Assembly: GCA_028534125.1 (NCBI GenBank)
Contig: CM052816.1
Location: 63,304,001-63,368,000 of the forward strand
Source of the DNA: Lama glama
Taxonomy: Eukaryota
DNA: 64,000 nucleotides
Direction of reading: 5' to 3'
How positions within the stretch are numbered: the stretch's first letter is position 1; the number at the start of each line of letters is the position of its first letter. Shown here piece after piece: positions 1-13,589 of this stretch. Both the position numbers and the translations under genes were made by a program. The notes under the pieces were generated by a model. It was not told the origin of the DNA. It saw nothing but the letters and a program-made list of their open reading frames with translations, and made no database searches.

Positions 1-243
1 GACCCTAAACTTCTTACCTCACCTACAACCAATCAGGCACCTTGTGACCCAAACTTACAAAAGATCCCAATTACGGCCCTCGATGCTCACGCAGGGAGCC
101 CTCGCCTGTGTGGCCCGCTGTTGCCTACGGCAGTGTAATCTAATACACTCCTTTCTATTCCCATACTTTATCTCTGGTAAGTTCTTTTACCAACCTGCGC
201 GTCACCATGTCACCAACCATCCGCCCCGCTGTGTCCCACAACA
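1..243 (+). mobile_element. 3' part of an ERV-type LTR, truncated by the window edge
   Basis: CCAAT box (29-33), CpG-retaining R/U5-like sequence, polyA-like AATACA, and a ...CAACA end just before L1 sequence begins; family not identified. Confidence 0.45.
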
Positions 244-249
244 ATATAG

Positions 250-1110
250 ATGTTAGGATGATCAGACAAGGAATTTAAAATAGCTACCATTAGTATGTCA
301 AGGGCTCTGATGGAAAAAGCAGACAGCATGCATGAACAGATGGGTGTTGTAAGCAGAGAGAGAAATTCTAAGCAAGAATGAGAAGTAAATGCTAGAATTC
401 AAAAACACTGTAACAGAAATAAACCAGAAAGTGATACCTAGGCATATCATATTTAACCATATTTAAGAAGAGCAAAGACAAGGAGAAAAATCTTGAAAGA
501 CGTCAGAGAGAGGGAGGGAAAGCCATCTTACCTACAGAAGAACAAGGACACGAATAAAAGTAATAGTGGGCTTCCCTTCAAAAAACTGAGCAAGAAGGAA
601 TATCAACCTGGAAACCTATATTCAGCAAAAGTATCCTTCAAAAGTGCGGGATAAATAAAGACTTTCTCAAACAAGCAAAAACTGAGAGAATTCATCATCA
701 GAAGACCTCCCCTGCAAAAAAAAATGTTAAAAGGGTTAGGATTAGGGTGTGGGTCAGGAAAATTACGTACATCAGAAATTTAGCTCTATGTTAAAAAAGG
801 ATGATTGTTGGAGAATAAGTGAAGGTAAAATCAAATCTTTTTTCAAAAATTCTTAATTTATCTGAAAGGTAACTGTTTAAAGTAATAGTAACAATGTACT
901 GGGTGATTACAGCACATGGATGAGTTAGGTGATCAACAGCCACACCATAAGGGGTGGGATGGGAACACTGTCATAAAGTATCTACACTACACACGAGTAG
1001 TGTTATTTGAAGGTGGACTTAGGTTAGTAAGAAGTGTATATTGCAAACCTAGGCAACCATTACCATTTCTAAAAAAGAAATATAATTGAAAGTACATTAG
1101 ATGAAGTGCC
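250..1110 (+). mobile_element. Old L1 (L1M-type) ORF1-region fragment, degenerate
   Basis: A-rich strand with L1M ORF1-like motifs (gaatttaaaatagcta, gcagacagcatgcatgaacagatggg, cctatattcagcaaaagtatccttcaaaagtg, aaaactgagagaattcatca). Confidence 0.7.
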
Positions 1111-1559
1111 GGGGACCCAAGGCTGTAGGTCTCACTTTCTGGGCCCACTCTCCTCGTCTGTGAAATGGTAAGTTTAGCATAGATCTCTCTCTGATTCCCT
1201 TTCTGCTCTGAAATTTTTGGACTAAAAATATTAAAATATAGCAAATAAAAAATTAAAAGCCTACCGTTAAGTAGATGAAAGGTGATTAATAATCAATTCC
1301 CTAATCTATTACCTCAGTAAGTTTGAGTGTCCATGTTTCCATACTGTGAGTTGTCTTTAGCAGCCTTATCTAGTAAGTAGAAAAAAATAGTGAATTTGCT
1401 CACCTGGTTCAGCCTTTCTCAAAGCACTGTGTGCGAAGACAGAATATACAAGGCTGCAGAAAAGGCCATTTCACAGTATTGATTTCACTGCCAGAGACAG
1501 CACAAGACGTGTGCCTTTCATTCCAGAAAAGAAATAAACTGAGCTGCCTTCCTTGGCTA

Positions 1560-1700
1560 AATAGAGCTCATAATTAGTTTGTAATTACCTCCAGAACTGT
1601 CAATGGACTCTCCTCCCCTGGCTGGCTGTCAATACACTTCTGAGCTCAGGGTACACGTTTATGAGCTACAACTTCCCTGTCAATCAAAACGTTTTGCTTG
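1560..1700. promoter_or_regulatory. Candidate TALE/homeodomain enhancer motif cluster
   Basis: Three CTGTCAAT (1597, 1626, 1677); the last is the full PBX-PREP/MEIS decamer TGATTGACAG on the minus strand; TAATTA at 1571 and 1582; TTTATG at 1658. Confidence 0.35.
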
Positions 1701-3099
1701 TCTAGATTGTCGCTTAAGTTGCAACATTCACTGAAACAGAAAGAAGAAAGTCACTTTGGGGCTAGCCTAGAGAGCACTATGGAAATGACCTGTCCCTTTT
1801 GAAATGGGATACTCAATCCTGCTTCAGGCTAAAGTTACTGAGAAAACAAAAAGCTCACTGGCAGGTTTACTCACAGCTCATCTCCAGAATTTCCTGCTCT
1901 TGCAATAAAAATCTCCAACAAGCAGACTTCTAGTCATAAGGCCAATTTCCAGGTTGGCAGGCAGATATAAACGCCGTAAGCCTCCCTGGGCTCCCACCTG
2001 TTTCACGTTCCAGCAGTTACTTGCATTCTACTTTTGCCCTACTGGGAAATTAAGGTGGCATGAAAATCAATGTTTCACTTTGAAGGAAAAAAGGGCTGGA
2101 TGCCCAGAACATCAATATATTCCTTCTTGAATTAGACAATACTTCAAAACACACTTGGCTAAATAAATTCCAACAGGCTCAAATGAGTTGGGTACAGGCA
2201 TTAACTGGAACAATAAGCAAAGCTTGCTTGTTAAAGGTCTTTGGCTAATTGGACCCTCTCTACTTGTTATAGTAAGAAAGGATTCAAGAGAAAAAGTAGT
2301 CAGGGACTCTCAGTTCGGAGTTTCATCCAAGTGCTTCAGACCATAAGGAGTCCCTCAGGCCAGGAATCTAACTGCCCAGAAGTAAAACCGGAGAAATTCA
2401 GACCACTAGCTATAGCACTTTTCCAGGGTATCAGGGTATTTGTCCCAAGGGCTAAGCTCAACCTCAGACAACCGTATGGAGATGTGGGAAGGTCCAGCTC
2501 TGCATACAGCCACTTGATTGGTTTAGCAACACATCACGGGACATTAGGTTGTGTATACTAATCAGGATGTGTTTGGGACAGAATGCAGTTTCTTCTTAAG
2601 GGGAAAAAAGTGACTTTGACCTGCTGAGTCAGATGTCACAGCCCTTTGGAGATACTGAGATCAGAGCTTCACATTTAAGAAGCCATTATTCTCTTGTGTC
2701 TCCCCATTTTGCAGGCTGATAACTGTACTGCTTCTTATCCTAAACCACACTGAAAGAAAATGTCCTGAAGTCTGGCGTGTTTCTGCCTTTTAAACTCAGC
2801 CCAAATATGATAAAGGATTTGTGAAAGAAAAGAAGAAAAAAAAAAGTATCACTGCATTATTTGCCTCTTTGCCAACCGTTTACAAATCGAAAAAGGTGTT
2901 TTGGTACGAAAATGAGAAAGGCAGTGCTTGCCTTCATTTCTTCATTTTTAGTGGTGTGTGTTCCAGTTGGATGGTAGGGGAGACAGAGAGACAGGCTGAG
3001 GTGCACCCCAGCAATCCATGGAGAGTCTGAGACTTAAGAAGGTTGATGAAATGCACGCCAGGTTCAACATACCTTTTCCACAGCTCAGTCATTGACATT

Positions 3100-4135
3100 T
3101 CTAGGTTCAAATGAAACTGCAGAACTTGCTGTAAATGAAAAGGCAAACTAGTAAAGGTTAAGAGTTCTAAGGCAAAAACACAAAGCAAACGAAAATACCA
3201 CTGGAAATTTCTGGCACTGTAAGGTTCTATTTGAAAAATTATGGAGAGGCCTGGCACTCACCACCTTAACCACTGTAACATCATCAAAAGAGAGACAACA
3301 TAGATACTAACTACCGTATAAAAAATAAACAAAAAAATCCTACTGTATAGCACCGGGAACTATATTTAATACCTTGTAAGGGCCTATAATGAAAAAGAGT
3401 ATGGAAAGAAATATATATATGTATAAATGAATCACTGTGCTGTACACCAGAAATTAACACAACATTGTAAACTGACTATACTTCAATAATAAAAAAGAGA
3501 CCACCTGACGTGCGTGCGTCCTGCGGTGATATCCCCAGCAAGCACGTTACCAATGGAGTCTTGCTGCCAAACACGTTAACCTGAATCCAACTATGAGGAA
3601 ACAATCAGAACACCGCACAGTAATGAAGACTCCACGAGACAGCTTTCTTGGATTCTTCAAAAAAGTGAATGACATGAAAAAAGGAGTATTCTAGATTTAA
3701 AAGCTAAACAGCCAAATGCAGTGTATACATGTTCAATAGATTCTGGATCATAAAACAAACGGATGTCATATAAAAGACATCTCTGGGCATTTGGGAAAAT
3801 TGGAATATGAATTATTAGATATTATTGCATTAATTTTCTTAGGTATACAGTGGTACATGAGTGGGTATGCAGAGAAATGCCATTCTTAGAGGTATAATGA
3901 AGTATCTGGAAGTGCAGTGTCTGTACCTTTCAAGTGATTTGGCAAAAGCAAGCATATATATACTATACACATGTGTACATGTCTATGTAGAGAGAGTGTA
4001 TGTGGCAAAATGGCACAGTTTGGTGAATCTAGATGAAGGGTGTATTGGTGCTCATTATACTATTCTTTTAATGCCTCTCTCTATATACAACATCTATATA
4101 CTATACATATATATAAAAAATTTTTTTCTAAAGTT
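3100..4135 (+). mobile_element. Old L1M 3'-end fragment with a younger short L1 3' end nested at about 3296-3495
   Basis: L1ME/MC-like motifs (ttaacctgaatccaactatgaggaaacaatcaga, ggtgaatctagatgaagggtgtattggtgctcattatac). The nested piece has cctactgtatagcaccgggaactatattt and acattgtaaactgactatacttcaataa with an A-tail. Confidence 0.7.
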
Positions 4136-4589
4136 GGGGGAAGAAAATATTTTTGTGTGTGACCTGCATCTCTTGTCTTCTTTTCATCAGCTCTCCAGCA
4201 ACTTTTAAACTTCTACTCACTTGGGATTTGTAAGGTCTGTAGAAATAGAACAGAAGGCACTACCCTAAATAGGGGATCCTTATGTTTTAATTAATGGAAT
4301 TAGGAATTGGTTGTGAGGCTACAGAGCTCTGGCATTTCCAAAATCTCATTGAGATCTGTACGTCAGAGTGATTTCAAACAGCTCCGAGTCTAAAATCAGA
4401 GAGCTGCCCAGTTCCACTACAGTGCCATTTACTTTCAAAAACCTTACCACACTACGCTGTTTGAGAGCATTTTTAAAGGTCTATCAAATCATACAATGCC
4501 AACATCATTCCCTTTTGTACATGATCCCCTTCCCCTGCATGTCAGCTGCTCCTGAACATATGCTTCCATTAGAACTATTATTTTCTTCT

Positions 4590-4730
4590 ATCACATTGAC
4601 AAGTGTGTGTTCCCACTGAATTGTAAAATGTTATAAGGTAGGCAGGTACCCTGTTCTAACTCCAGAATTTAGCACAAGACTATGGCACAAAACAGGAACT
4701 CCACAAACATTAGGTGAATAAAGGAATAGG
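4590..4730 (+). mobile_element. L2 3'-end fragment
   Basis: tcccactgaattgtaaaatg...ccagaatttagcacaagactatggcaca...aaacattaggtgaataaa resembles the L2 terminus. Confidence 0.5.
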
Positions 4731-5691
4731 TAAAACAAAGATCCAAGGTGAAGATTTTTCAAGGGAAACCGAAAATATGAGTATTTCAACATTTAACGAT
4801 GTGGCTTCTCTAATATGACTGGTAAGAGAGAGGAAGGAGGCACCACTTATAATAAAAACTTTAAGGTGCTACTGTTGGCTACATAGGGCTTTATCAGAAG
4901 GTTGGGACAAGTCTCTGGAAAATGAAATAAACAGAAAAGAAGTATGTTTAAGGAAAAGAAATCATCATTACCTTGTATTAGGAGGCACAGTTGAACCAGA
5001 GGCCTGGCCAAGTTGTTTGTACAAAACAGTATGCTTGCGATAAGGTTGCATTAATGAACAGAATTCTGTAAATCAATAATTACATTTTATGTCTTAATTG
5101 AGTACTTAAAAATTCAAGATACAATCATTTTTTTCTCTGAGCTATTTACAAAGCCTATTTTAACCTCTCAGCTGGAAAAAAAAAAGAAAAAGAAGAGGAA
5201 AAAAAAGAAAAAAAAAAAGAATCAAACTCTCTCCCTGAGTTAAGTTTTTTACTTTTTTTTTGCAGGGTGGCTATTTCAGTAATATTTGCTATAACACTAT
5301 AACAAAATCTGTCAGGAATTGGAAAAATAAGTATTTTACTATAACTGAAAAATGGGAGCATGTTTGTGCATGTCTGGTAACACTAATGGGAGTAGCGCCT
5401 CAAATAAAAACCACTAACTCAACAAAAAGAAATTATTCTTCTCAGATCAGCCCTGAGGTCTGAGTGATGATAAACAAATAACATATTAAACAACCTTCTG
5501 GTCTTTGAATGAAAAGAAACTGAAGGGAAGCTAGGATTTGCTACATGTAGCACTGCTGCCACTAGGACAAAGTCAACGCCGGAGTGTGAAGGAAACTTCC
5601 CTTTAAAATGCAATGGCACTTTTTATGAACTCATATTGTGTGGGACAGGAAAAATAATCAGACAAATCAGAGATGAGATATCTTTGGAAAA

Positions 5692-5697
5692 TTTAAT
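5692..5697 (-). terminator. IPO11: Putative distal IPO11 polyadenylation signal (ATTAAA)
   Basis: tttaat on + strand; the minus-strand downstream sequence tctctgatttgtctgattatttttcctgt is GU/U-rich. Confidence 0.5.
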
Positions 5698-5913
5698 TTG
5701 GACCATATTTTCTTTCTCTTGTTGAAAACATCAAATATTTCCATACCTTTTGGGTTCCACAACTTACAAAGGGGCAGTGGTTTCCTGCAGTTACATACTG
5801 TACTCAACTTTCTATAGAAAGATCAGACACTTTCCAACCTACCTTTTGAATATTTCCTTTAAAATGCTTTAATGGTTCCTTATAATCCATGGCAAGTAAA
5901 ACAAAATAAGGCT

Positions 5914-5919
5914 TTTATT
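5914..5919 (-). terminator. IPO11: Alternative proximal polyA signal (AATAAA) in the IPO11 3' UTR
   Basis: tttatt on + strand; followed on minus strand by ttattttgttttacttg. Confidence 0.35.
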
Positions 5920-6900
5920 TTATCCTTTTTCCCCACTTTTGGTACTGCATGTTGGAGGATTAAGGAAGGAAGACTTGTCACATCAGTGATGGCACCCTGG
6001 GGACTGCTGCGGGGCCCTCCAGGTGTACCCTTATCATCCAGGCCTGGATGCACCCCTGAACTGAGGAACCTGAGACAGCTAAGTGCTAAACAGCTAAGCA
6101 TGGGGGGCTGTGGGTGGCCGGTCCCTCTCAGTGTTCACAGGGCTCCTGGCCTCCAGGAGTAACAAAGGAACTAGCCCCAGATCACGGCCAGAGGTCTCCC
6201 ACCTGGCACTGCAGTACCACACGTTCACTTCTACGGGCCTTACAATGTGCATTTAAAGACTAAAGGTAATTACTGAAAATAAAATAAGAGGGAAAAAAAT
6301 CCTTACTAATTCCCATATCAAATTACTAGAATGAAAATAAAAGCATCTGTCAGATAAAACGGGATTTCTATGTCAGATGAAAGCAACTCTCTTGCAAGAT
6401 CGTCTCAGTAAAGTGTATTTGTCACTAGTTACATACATTTGTGTGGTGCACAAATTTCTTTAACTGCATCATCTGAACAGCTTTGTCACTTTTCAAACTT
6501 GTAGCAGTTTCATTAGCTTAAAAAAGGGATAAGGCAGCCAAATTTTACTAATTTTGGTTGCAGAAAATCATCAGGCATTAACCTTCTTCTTCTCAAGTGT
6601 TAAGAGCACATGATTAAAAGGTAACAAACAGTTTCTCCTCTTAACAGGAAACTAAGCAGCTATTGTTGTCAAATCTACCTCTAGTCAACACAGGGCCCCT
6701 CATAAATATAAAATTAAATTCTTTTGAGGAATAGGTTTGTGATTTTAGTTATGTAGGATTTACATTTACTTGCTGAATTTTCTAGTAAAAAGTGTGGTCT
6801 TGGCATCTTTCTTTTCACACACAAGGGATTTCTCCATCCTCTCAGCAGGCTCTCGCACACGGGTGGCAGGCTGGGTTCCTCAGCCACACACCACATGCTC

Positions 6901-7065
6901 TCAGAAGCCCTGCAAAAACTCCTGTAGCTGGGTGACGATCTCCGTGTCCACCGTTTCCATGAGGGACTGGAAGCCTTGCTCTCCCAGCAGCTCCTGCTGT
7001 GCCTTGAGCTTTTCGTAGATGAACTGCTGCAGTGACACGGTGTGCACCGGGTCCTTCAGGGCCAG
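6901..7065 (-). CDS. IPO11: Importin-11, terminal coding exon (LALKDPVHTV...LQEFLQGF*)
   Basis: Acceptor ctctctgtcccgcag| (AG at 7066-7067); 165 nt = 54 aa + TGA; phase 0 matches the preceding exon; recognised importin-11 C-terminus. Confidence 0.97.
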   Translation of the reverse strand: MALKDPVHTVSLQQFIYEKLKAQQELLGEQGFQSLMETVDTEIVTQLQEFLQGF

Positions 7066-9429
7066 CTGCGGGACAGAGAGGAGCCACACTGGGTCAGAGC
7101 GGCAAGACGAGTCCCTCTTAACGTGTGGGTGACTCAATTCTTTGTCATCTCTTTTACAGCAACAAAACTGCTTCTGCCCCCCCCTTCCTACAACGGATTC
7201 TAAAGCAGCCTCACTGTGGAACAGAAAATGTCATTCAGTTAGTGTAACCTCAGTTCCCTGAGGCCTCTGAGCACAACCTGTCTGATGAGACCCATTTCTC
7301 AACAGTCAATCTATGTAAAGAATCAAAACCCAGTAGAAAGGAACAGAATATGCCAAAGAGCGTTTAAACACAACTGTCCAGAGTTCCTGTGAGGAACTCT
7401 GCTGTGGCAGCTCAGTGAGGCCCTCAGGACTGACGGAAGAAACACTGGCCTATCCTGGATGGCTACGCTATTTATATGCTTCTGGTTAGAAAGAAAAGAA
7501 TAATAATAAATAAAAATAGATTTTAACAACCCAAACACGTGATCCTCCTCTCTGACTGGGCTAAACAAAAGAAATACAACTAAATTAAAAAAAACCCATC
7601 CATCCACTTCTTAAAGCTAACAATCACAACAGAAAACATTCTGGCCTCCTTCGCCTTTTCTGTGCCTGTGGCCCGCACATACGTACATACACATACATAC
7701 ACAATCAGAACTGCTCTTTGCATTTCTATTATCACACAAAAAATTCTACCCTAACATATTTTAAGAATTCTAAATCTATTTATGTCATAATTTTTTTATT
7801 ACAGGCATGCTGAAGTAATCATGGTCTCGTTTAAACAGTTTTAACTATAATGTTGCTCAGTAATCCTCCACACTGTTCCATGTTGTTACGTATACAGGCT
7901 TTCCTCTACATTTCAGATTATTTCTTGAGGAAATCAGTCACTGCCTCCGAAGAATTACTAGATTAAAGTGCACAGACAACTTCACGACTCCTGATACTAT
8001 TATCAAGTTGTTTCTGCTATGTTTTAGCTTGTGACACCATCACCACTAGTATTATCAGTATTTGAGTTCCTTATAATTCAAGAATTGGAAAATAACAGAC
8101 CGTTGCTTTAAGCTGTACATAGCTCTCATTATCAACAATGCTGAGTGCATACAAGGCTTTAAGTGAAGCACATGAGTTTCTGTGTGAGAAACTCTTCTTT
8201 CCTGAGACTCAGTTCTATTCTAGTAGAGGAAGTAGCTGAGTCTTATCTGCTGTTTGAGCCAAGCACACAGACTTTAAAGTAATGACCACAAGTAGAAAAC
8301 GTTAAGCGAGGGGCAGAGACATAGGAGGCATGAATTTGAAATCAAACCCCTTATGTGATCATTCCAGAGCTACACGGTAAATCCAAGGCCAGGGTAATTT
8401 CAATACTCATTCCCCTGGAGGACGGAGAGGAAGAACACCAAGAACTGCAGACACAAAGCCCTGCATTCACAAGCCTGAAGATGTCACTCTGCAAAACCCA
8501 TAGAAATGGAAGATGAAGATTTAGCAATATCTGCTCGCTTAAGCAACACGCAATAATGTTCGATATTATTTTAATTACTAAGAAATAGACCTCTTCCTAA
8601 AGAGGATGTGAACTTTGTGGAAATATCATTTATTATCTGTAACTAAAACCACCTGCTACAGTATGAGTGAAAGAAGCTGAGCTTGAAGTTGACGTTCAAG
8701 AAGTCACTCCAACTACTGAAACAAAGCTTAAGAGTGTGGCTTAACTGTTGATTCAATTTGCTCTAGAAAATTGTGAACAGTTAAGTTATCACATCTCCAC
8801 TCTTCAATTTCCAACAGATTAATAAAAAGGAAAAGTATCACCATAGTCAACCCACCAGATACAGCATAACACTACATCAGTGTATTTTTAAACGTGGACT
8901 GATGAATCACAAGAAGATTAAAAGTATTTACCTCTTTTGTTGTGGAGAGATGAAGGAATTTTTAAAAACATACATAATCTCCAATTGTGTACCTTAAAAG
9001 ATCTTTTAAAAAAAAACAACCACTTTTTTAGTAAAAAAACAAAAAAACAAAAACCCTATACATTAGCTAATAAATGTCTGTTTTGGCTTGATGTAGACAC
9101 TCATTAATCATGGCTATTAATACCTTCTTTGAAGAAATATATGAAACAACTAACCAAATGATTCTCTAGAGAAGACTGATCACTGCACATGCACTAAAAA
9201 TCCAGATATCATTTCTTTGAATGCAAAAATGCCTATGGTCACTAGAATTAAGAGACTGTGAAGTCACTAATAGCATTTTCAGAACTACTACTTTTATACA
9301 AATGTCCACCCAACATAATGAACCTAATTATCTGATTTAATGTAAAAAAAATACAGAATGCATACCACGTTTACCAGGTTGCATGTTCTGGAAAAAATAA
9401 TTCATTTTCTAATATAATAAGTAAATTAA

Positions 9430-10200
9430 ACTAGGAAGATGAATCTGCTGTCAGACACTACGTATAAACAAACATAAGGAGACTCTAAAAGGTGGAGAGA
9501 AGAAAGCAGGCTGACCAGGGAGTCCAACACCCAAGAAACGACACAGTGCTGAGTGTCCTTTCTTCTTGTCTCATAAATCCCAGATCTGGGGCTAAAGAAG
9601 CCAGCAACCTGGAACACCAACAAACACAGACCAAAAAAAGCTCCAGCAGAAAGCCTGCTCTCTAGCCAAAAGACCAGGAAAGGGACCACACAGCAAGACA
9701 AAACTTGTAGACAATAATTGCTCTACTTCAGCCAAACACCACAGAACAAGCTGTGGTCCCGCCCCCACTCACACTGGGCTATTGCAGGGATTCAACCCAC
9801 CCCTACCCCCGTGTCTGCGGAGGCCCTGGGGGATCCTAAACTCTCCCCGTCCTCACCCAAGGAGGCACCAGTGGAGGCCTAGTGGGGAACATGGCCTTCT
9901 TCCCCTCTTCGGCAGTACTAAAGTGGGACACCCACTTCTCCTGCCAGAGCAGTGTCAGAAGAAGCTGGCTAAAATAAGACTCAGTCTCATAGCATAAGAC
10001 CAAAAATGTCCAGTCTTCAATAGAAATCACTCATAATACCAATCAAAAGGAGGGGGCATGGGCAAGAGGGAAATGGGTTTAATTATAAAAGGGCAATAAG
10101 GGGGCTTGTGCTGATAGAAATGTTCTATATCTTAACTCATTAACGGCAATATTCTGGTTGTTAAGTTACGTATTTTGCAAGATGTTATCACTGGAGGACG
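9430..10200 (+). mobile_element. Old L1M 5'-region and 3'-end fragments
   Basis: L1M-like motifs (aagcctgctctctagccaaaagaccaggaaaggg, aaaatgtccagtcttcaatagaaatcactcataatacc, gatagaaatgttctatatctt). Confidence 0.55.
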
Positions 10201-10559
10201 TGGACAGCAACAGGTCATAAACCAGAAAGGTCAGAAATCTTGGCAGCTTCAACCACCAAGAACACACTGCAAGGCAAGGAATTAACTTCTGAAAGTGAAG
10301 AGTCAAAATAGTTTGGCACCTATATGCCCAAATTTAAACAAGTATTCATAGCAGAATCTTACAATATCACATTATTTATTCATCTTTCCCATGTATTTCT
10401 AACATATGCAATTATCTTTGCTTACATGCAGGTTTGCCTAGACACACAAATCTGAGGAGATAAAAACCTGCTACAAGGAAAACAAAAGCAGCAATATTGA
10501 AGCTCAAATGACAATATGGAAATACTGGGAAGAGACAGAAAACTATTTAAAGAAACAGA

Positions 10560-10812
10560 CCCAGGCTAGATGTAACGTGTGGTATTCTGGATTGAATCCT
10601 GCAACTAAGAGCATTAGTGGAAAACTGTGAAATCTAAATAAATCTCAAGTCTAGTTAATTGTAATATATCAAAGTTGGATTCTTAGTTTTGATAAATGTA
10701 CAATGGTAATGTAAGATGTTGACATTAGGGGATACTGGGTGAAGGGCACATGAAAACAAGCTGTATTATTTTTGTTACCTTTCTGTAAACCTAAAACTAC
10801 TCCAAAAAAATG
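10560..10812 (+). mobile_element. L1ME/MC-type 3' end
   Basis: gtggtattctggattgaatcctg...ttagttttgataaatgtacaatggtaatgtaagatgttgacattagggg...ttctgtaaacctaaaactactccaaaa. Confidence 0.7.
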
Positions 10813-10814
10813 GT

Positions 10815-11485
10815 TATCCATCTTTACGCCAGTAACACGCTATTACAATTCCTGTGGCTTTGTAATATATTTTGAAATCAGGAAGTGTTATGCCTCCAGC
10901 TTTGTTCTTTTTCAAGACTGTTTCGGTTGGCTACTCAAGATCTTTTGTCGTTCCATATGAACTTCGGAACTGTGCCTTTCATTTCTGTAAGAAATGCCAC
11001 TGGGATTTTGACAGGAATTGCACTGGATCTGTAGATCACTTTGGGTGCATGAACCTCTTAACAACACTAAGTCTTCCAATCCATGAACATGGATATCTAT
11101 TTGTATCTTTTCTTTAATGGATGTTTTGTAGTTTTCAGTGTGTAAGTCTTTTGTTTCCTTAGGTAAGTTTATGTCTAAGTATTTTATTCTTTTGGATGCT
11201 ACTTATGGGTTTTCTTAATTTCCTTTTCAGCTAGGTCATTACTAGTATATAGAAAACACACGGATTTTTGCACATTGATCTTGTATCCTGCAACTTTACT
11301 GAATTCATTCATTAGTCACAGCAGTTTTTTTAAATTGAGTCTTTGGGGTTTCCTATATATAAGATCATGTCATCCGCAGGTGGGGAAAATTTTACTTCTA
11401 CCATTTCAATTTGTAAGCCTTTAATTTCTTTTTCTTGTCTTACTGCTCTGGCTAGGATTTCCAGCACGCTATTGAATACATAGAA
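10815..11485 (-). mobile_element. L1 ORF2 (RT region) fragment
   Basis: Minus-strand translation [23 protein letters not shown]...[14 protein letters not shown] contains the L1 RT YADD-region motif. Confidence 0.9.
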
Positions 11486-13589
11486 CAATGAAAATGAACA
11501 GAGAACTGGAGATAGACTCCTTATAAAAAGACAACTAGCATTACTGATATTTACTGAGAAAAAGAAAGAAGCAGAAGAGGAAAGCAGGAATAGAGTCAGC
11601 AAAACTGTCAAGAAGACAGTCTAATGTTCACTGGAATGTTACGTAAGTTCTCCCAAACCAGGCCATATTCTTCATCTATAAACAAAGACTTTATTTATAT
11701 TGGTATCAATACCACACTGCCAAAGTTTCCAAGGGAGAAGTGGCAAACTATTGAACTCTTCCTGATTAAGGTTTTTAATAATAATGCAAGCAAATAATGA
11801 GGAAATAATGAGGCTGCTTGTTTTGTAATATTTAAGAACAATACTGATGTCAGCAGGCAATTAATCTGAAATCTCAACAAACAACAAAAACTTAGAAGCC
11901 ATCACTTTATTTAGTACCAAGGGCATGTTCAATAGAATTTGCTTTTCCAGTGTCTTCGGATTACTACTATGTAGCCTACTGTGAAAGATCTTAACCTCTG
12001 GACCTCAGACTATTTTTTGATTAACATTTTAGCACTATCACAGGGAAGAACTGCTATCTCAAGAGGATGCCTGGCTATCAATTTGTGTCTTTACTGCATC
12101 TCAGTTGGATTATTTCAAGTCATTATTTCCTATCTTCATGGATGTCACTCGCAATTCTACAGTTTGTGAGAGCTGACTTAACCACTGCAAAAGCGTATTT
12201 TAAGATTTGGAGTAAGTTTAACACCGATTTTGAGGGTCTCACTTGTAAAGAAAGCTATGTTAAATTAAACTTTGAAATATTTAGTATTTTTTATATAGCC
12301 AGATTAGGTAAAGTTATGTGTCCTAGGACAGCCTTTTATATGTTTTAGCATCACCTAGAAATGACAGTAAGGATATATTAAAAGCAGGGTAACAGTCAAT
12401 CAAAGAAGGCTGAATCTGAGCAAAGCATAGATAAAAACAAGTATATCCTATTTTAAGAAACTGGCTTTGTAACAGACTAATGGCATTGAATATTTTTAAA
12501 GAATATATATGTAGTATAGATCAACATACACAAGAAAATTAGTTCTGTGTGTAGATATACATGTTAGCAGAGAAAATACTGATCATAAACATCACTGCTT
12601 TGCACATGGTGAGCATTCAAAAATGCATGTGGAATGAGCGAAAAAGAAAAATCATTCATTTTGAAGATGCTACTCTACTCTCATTGGGTGGAGGTCAAGA
12701 TAAGCAGTTGGAGAATCACCCAGTACCTGACTAAGAGTAAACAGAGACTTGATTTTAAGAGAATGGAGGAGTGTGAGGATTTGCACACATTTTTAATAAG
12801 CTGGACCTTAAGATAATCAGACTGGTGAAAATATATTAAATGACAACCAACAATAAGTGACAGCAAATAAGTAATATGAACAAAAATTACTTTAAATAGT
12901 ACAATTGCTTTACTTGTAAAATAAGAAGCAATAATTTGTAATCACTATTTTTTAAGCTGTTCTTTAATGTTAAAAAGTTTAAGAATTAAGTTTTAAAGTT
13001 TTCTAGGAGACAGAGGAACAAAGACAAATTTTACCTATTTATAATGGTTTTAATAGATATCAATAAAAACATAATGAACAATTTGGACCTTCCTGATTTT
13101 CTTGTTAAGAAACCAGCTTCTTAGTGGCTTTTTCCTAATATCTATCTACAAACTTTAAAGATCACTATGTATCAAAGACTGAAGAAAAAAATGAGATCAT
13201 CTGAGCAATTCTGAAGAGGAAAAGAAAGTCAGATGGCAAACCATAAAGTAACAAATATGAGTACTTCTGTGTTAATCATTAAAGATCATTCAAGCCTATA
13301 CTTTTAGTTTTATTCAAGCAGTAGCACAAAAAATATCCAGTAATATAAGTGAGATAAATGTGACAATCAGTACAACAGATTCTCATGGGCCATCTAAGAT
13401 ACAGTTATAGGTTATGTTAACGGCCTGTCAATATTTCATATTGTTGAATAAAGGAAAAACAGAAGACAGGACATTTTCCACTGTCATCAAAATTTGAAAA
13501 TTTTACAAATTAAGTAGATTAAATAAAACAATTTTTATTCTCAGTAGTAAAAATTCACATCAAAAGATTGTTTCAGTAATGTGAAAATA

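Larger units (their letters stand above)
5675..6900 (-). other. IPO11: IPO11 3' UTR (approximate extent)
   Basis: Unique sequence downstream of the stop codon at 6901-6903, ending near an ATTAAA followed by a U/GU-rich tract. Confidence 0.6.

Noticed and set aside
6890..6903. Possible stop-codon readthrough at the IPO11 TGA
   Set aside because: Context is TGA-GAG, not the TGA-CTAG readthrough motif
7066..7137. N-terminal part of the 78-aa ORF (MSHPHVKR...) and overlapping ORFs at 6770-7087
   Set aside because: Intronic extension upstream of the true acceptor, and shadow frames of a GC-rich exon
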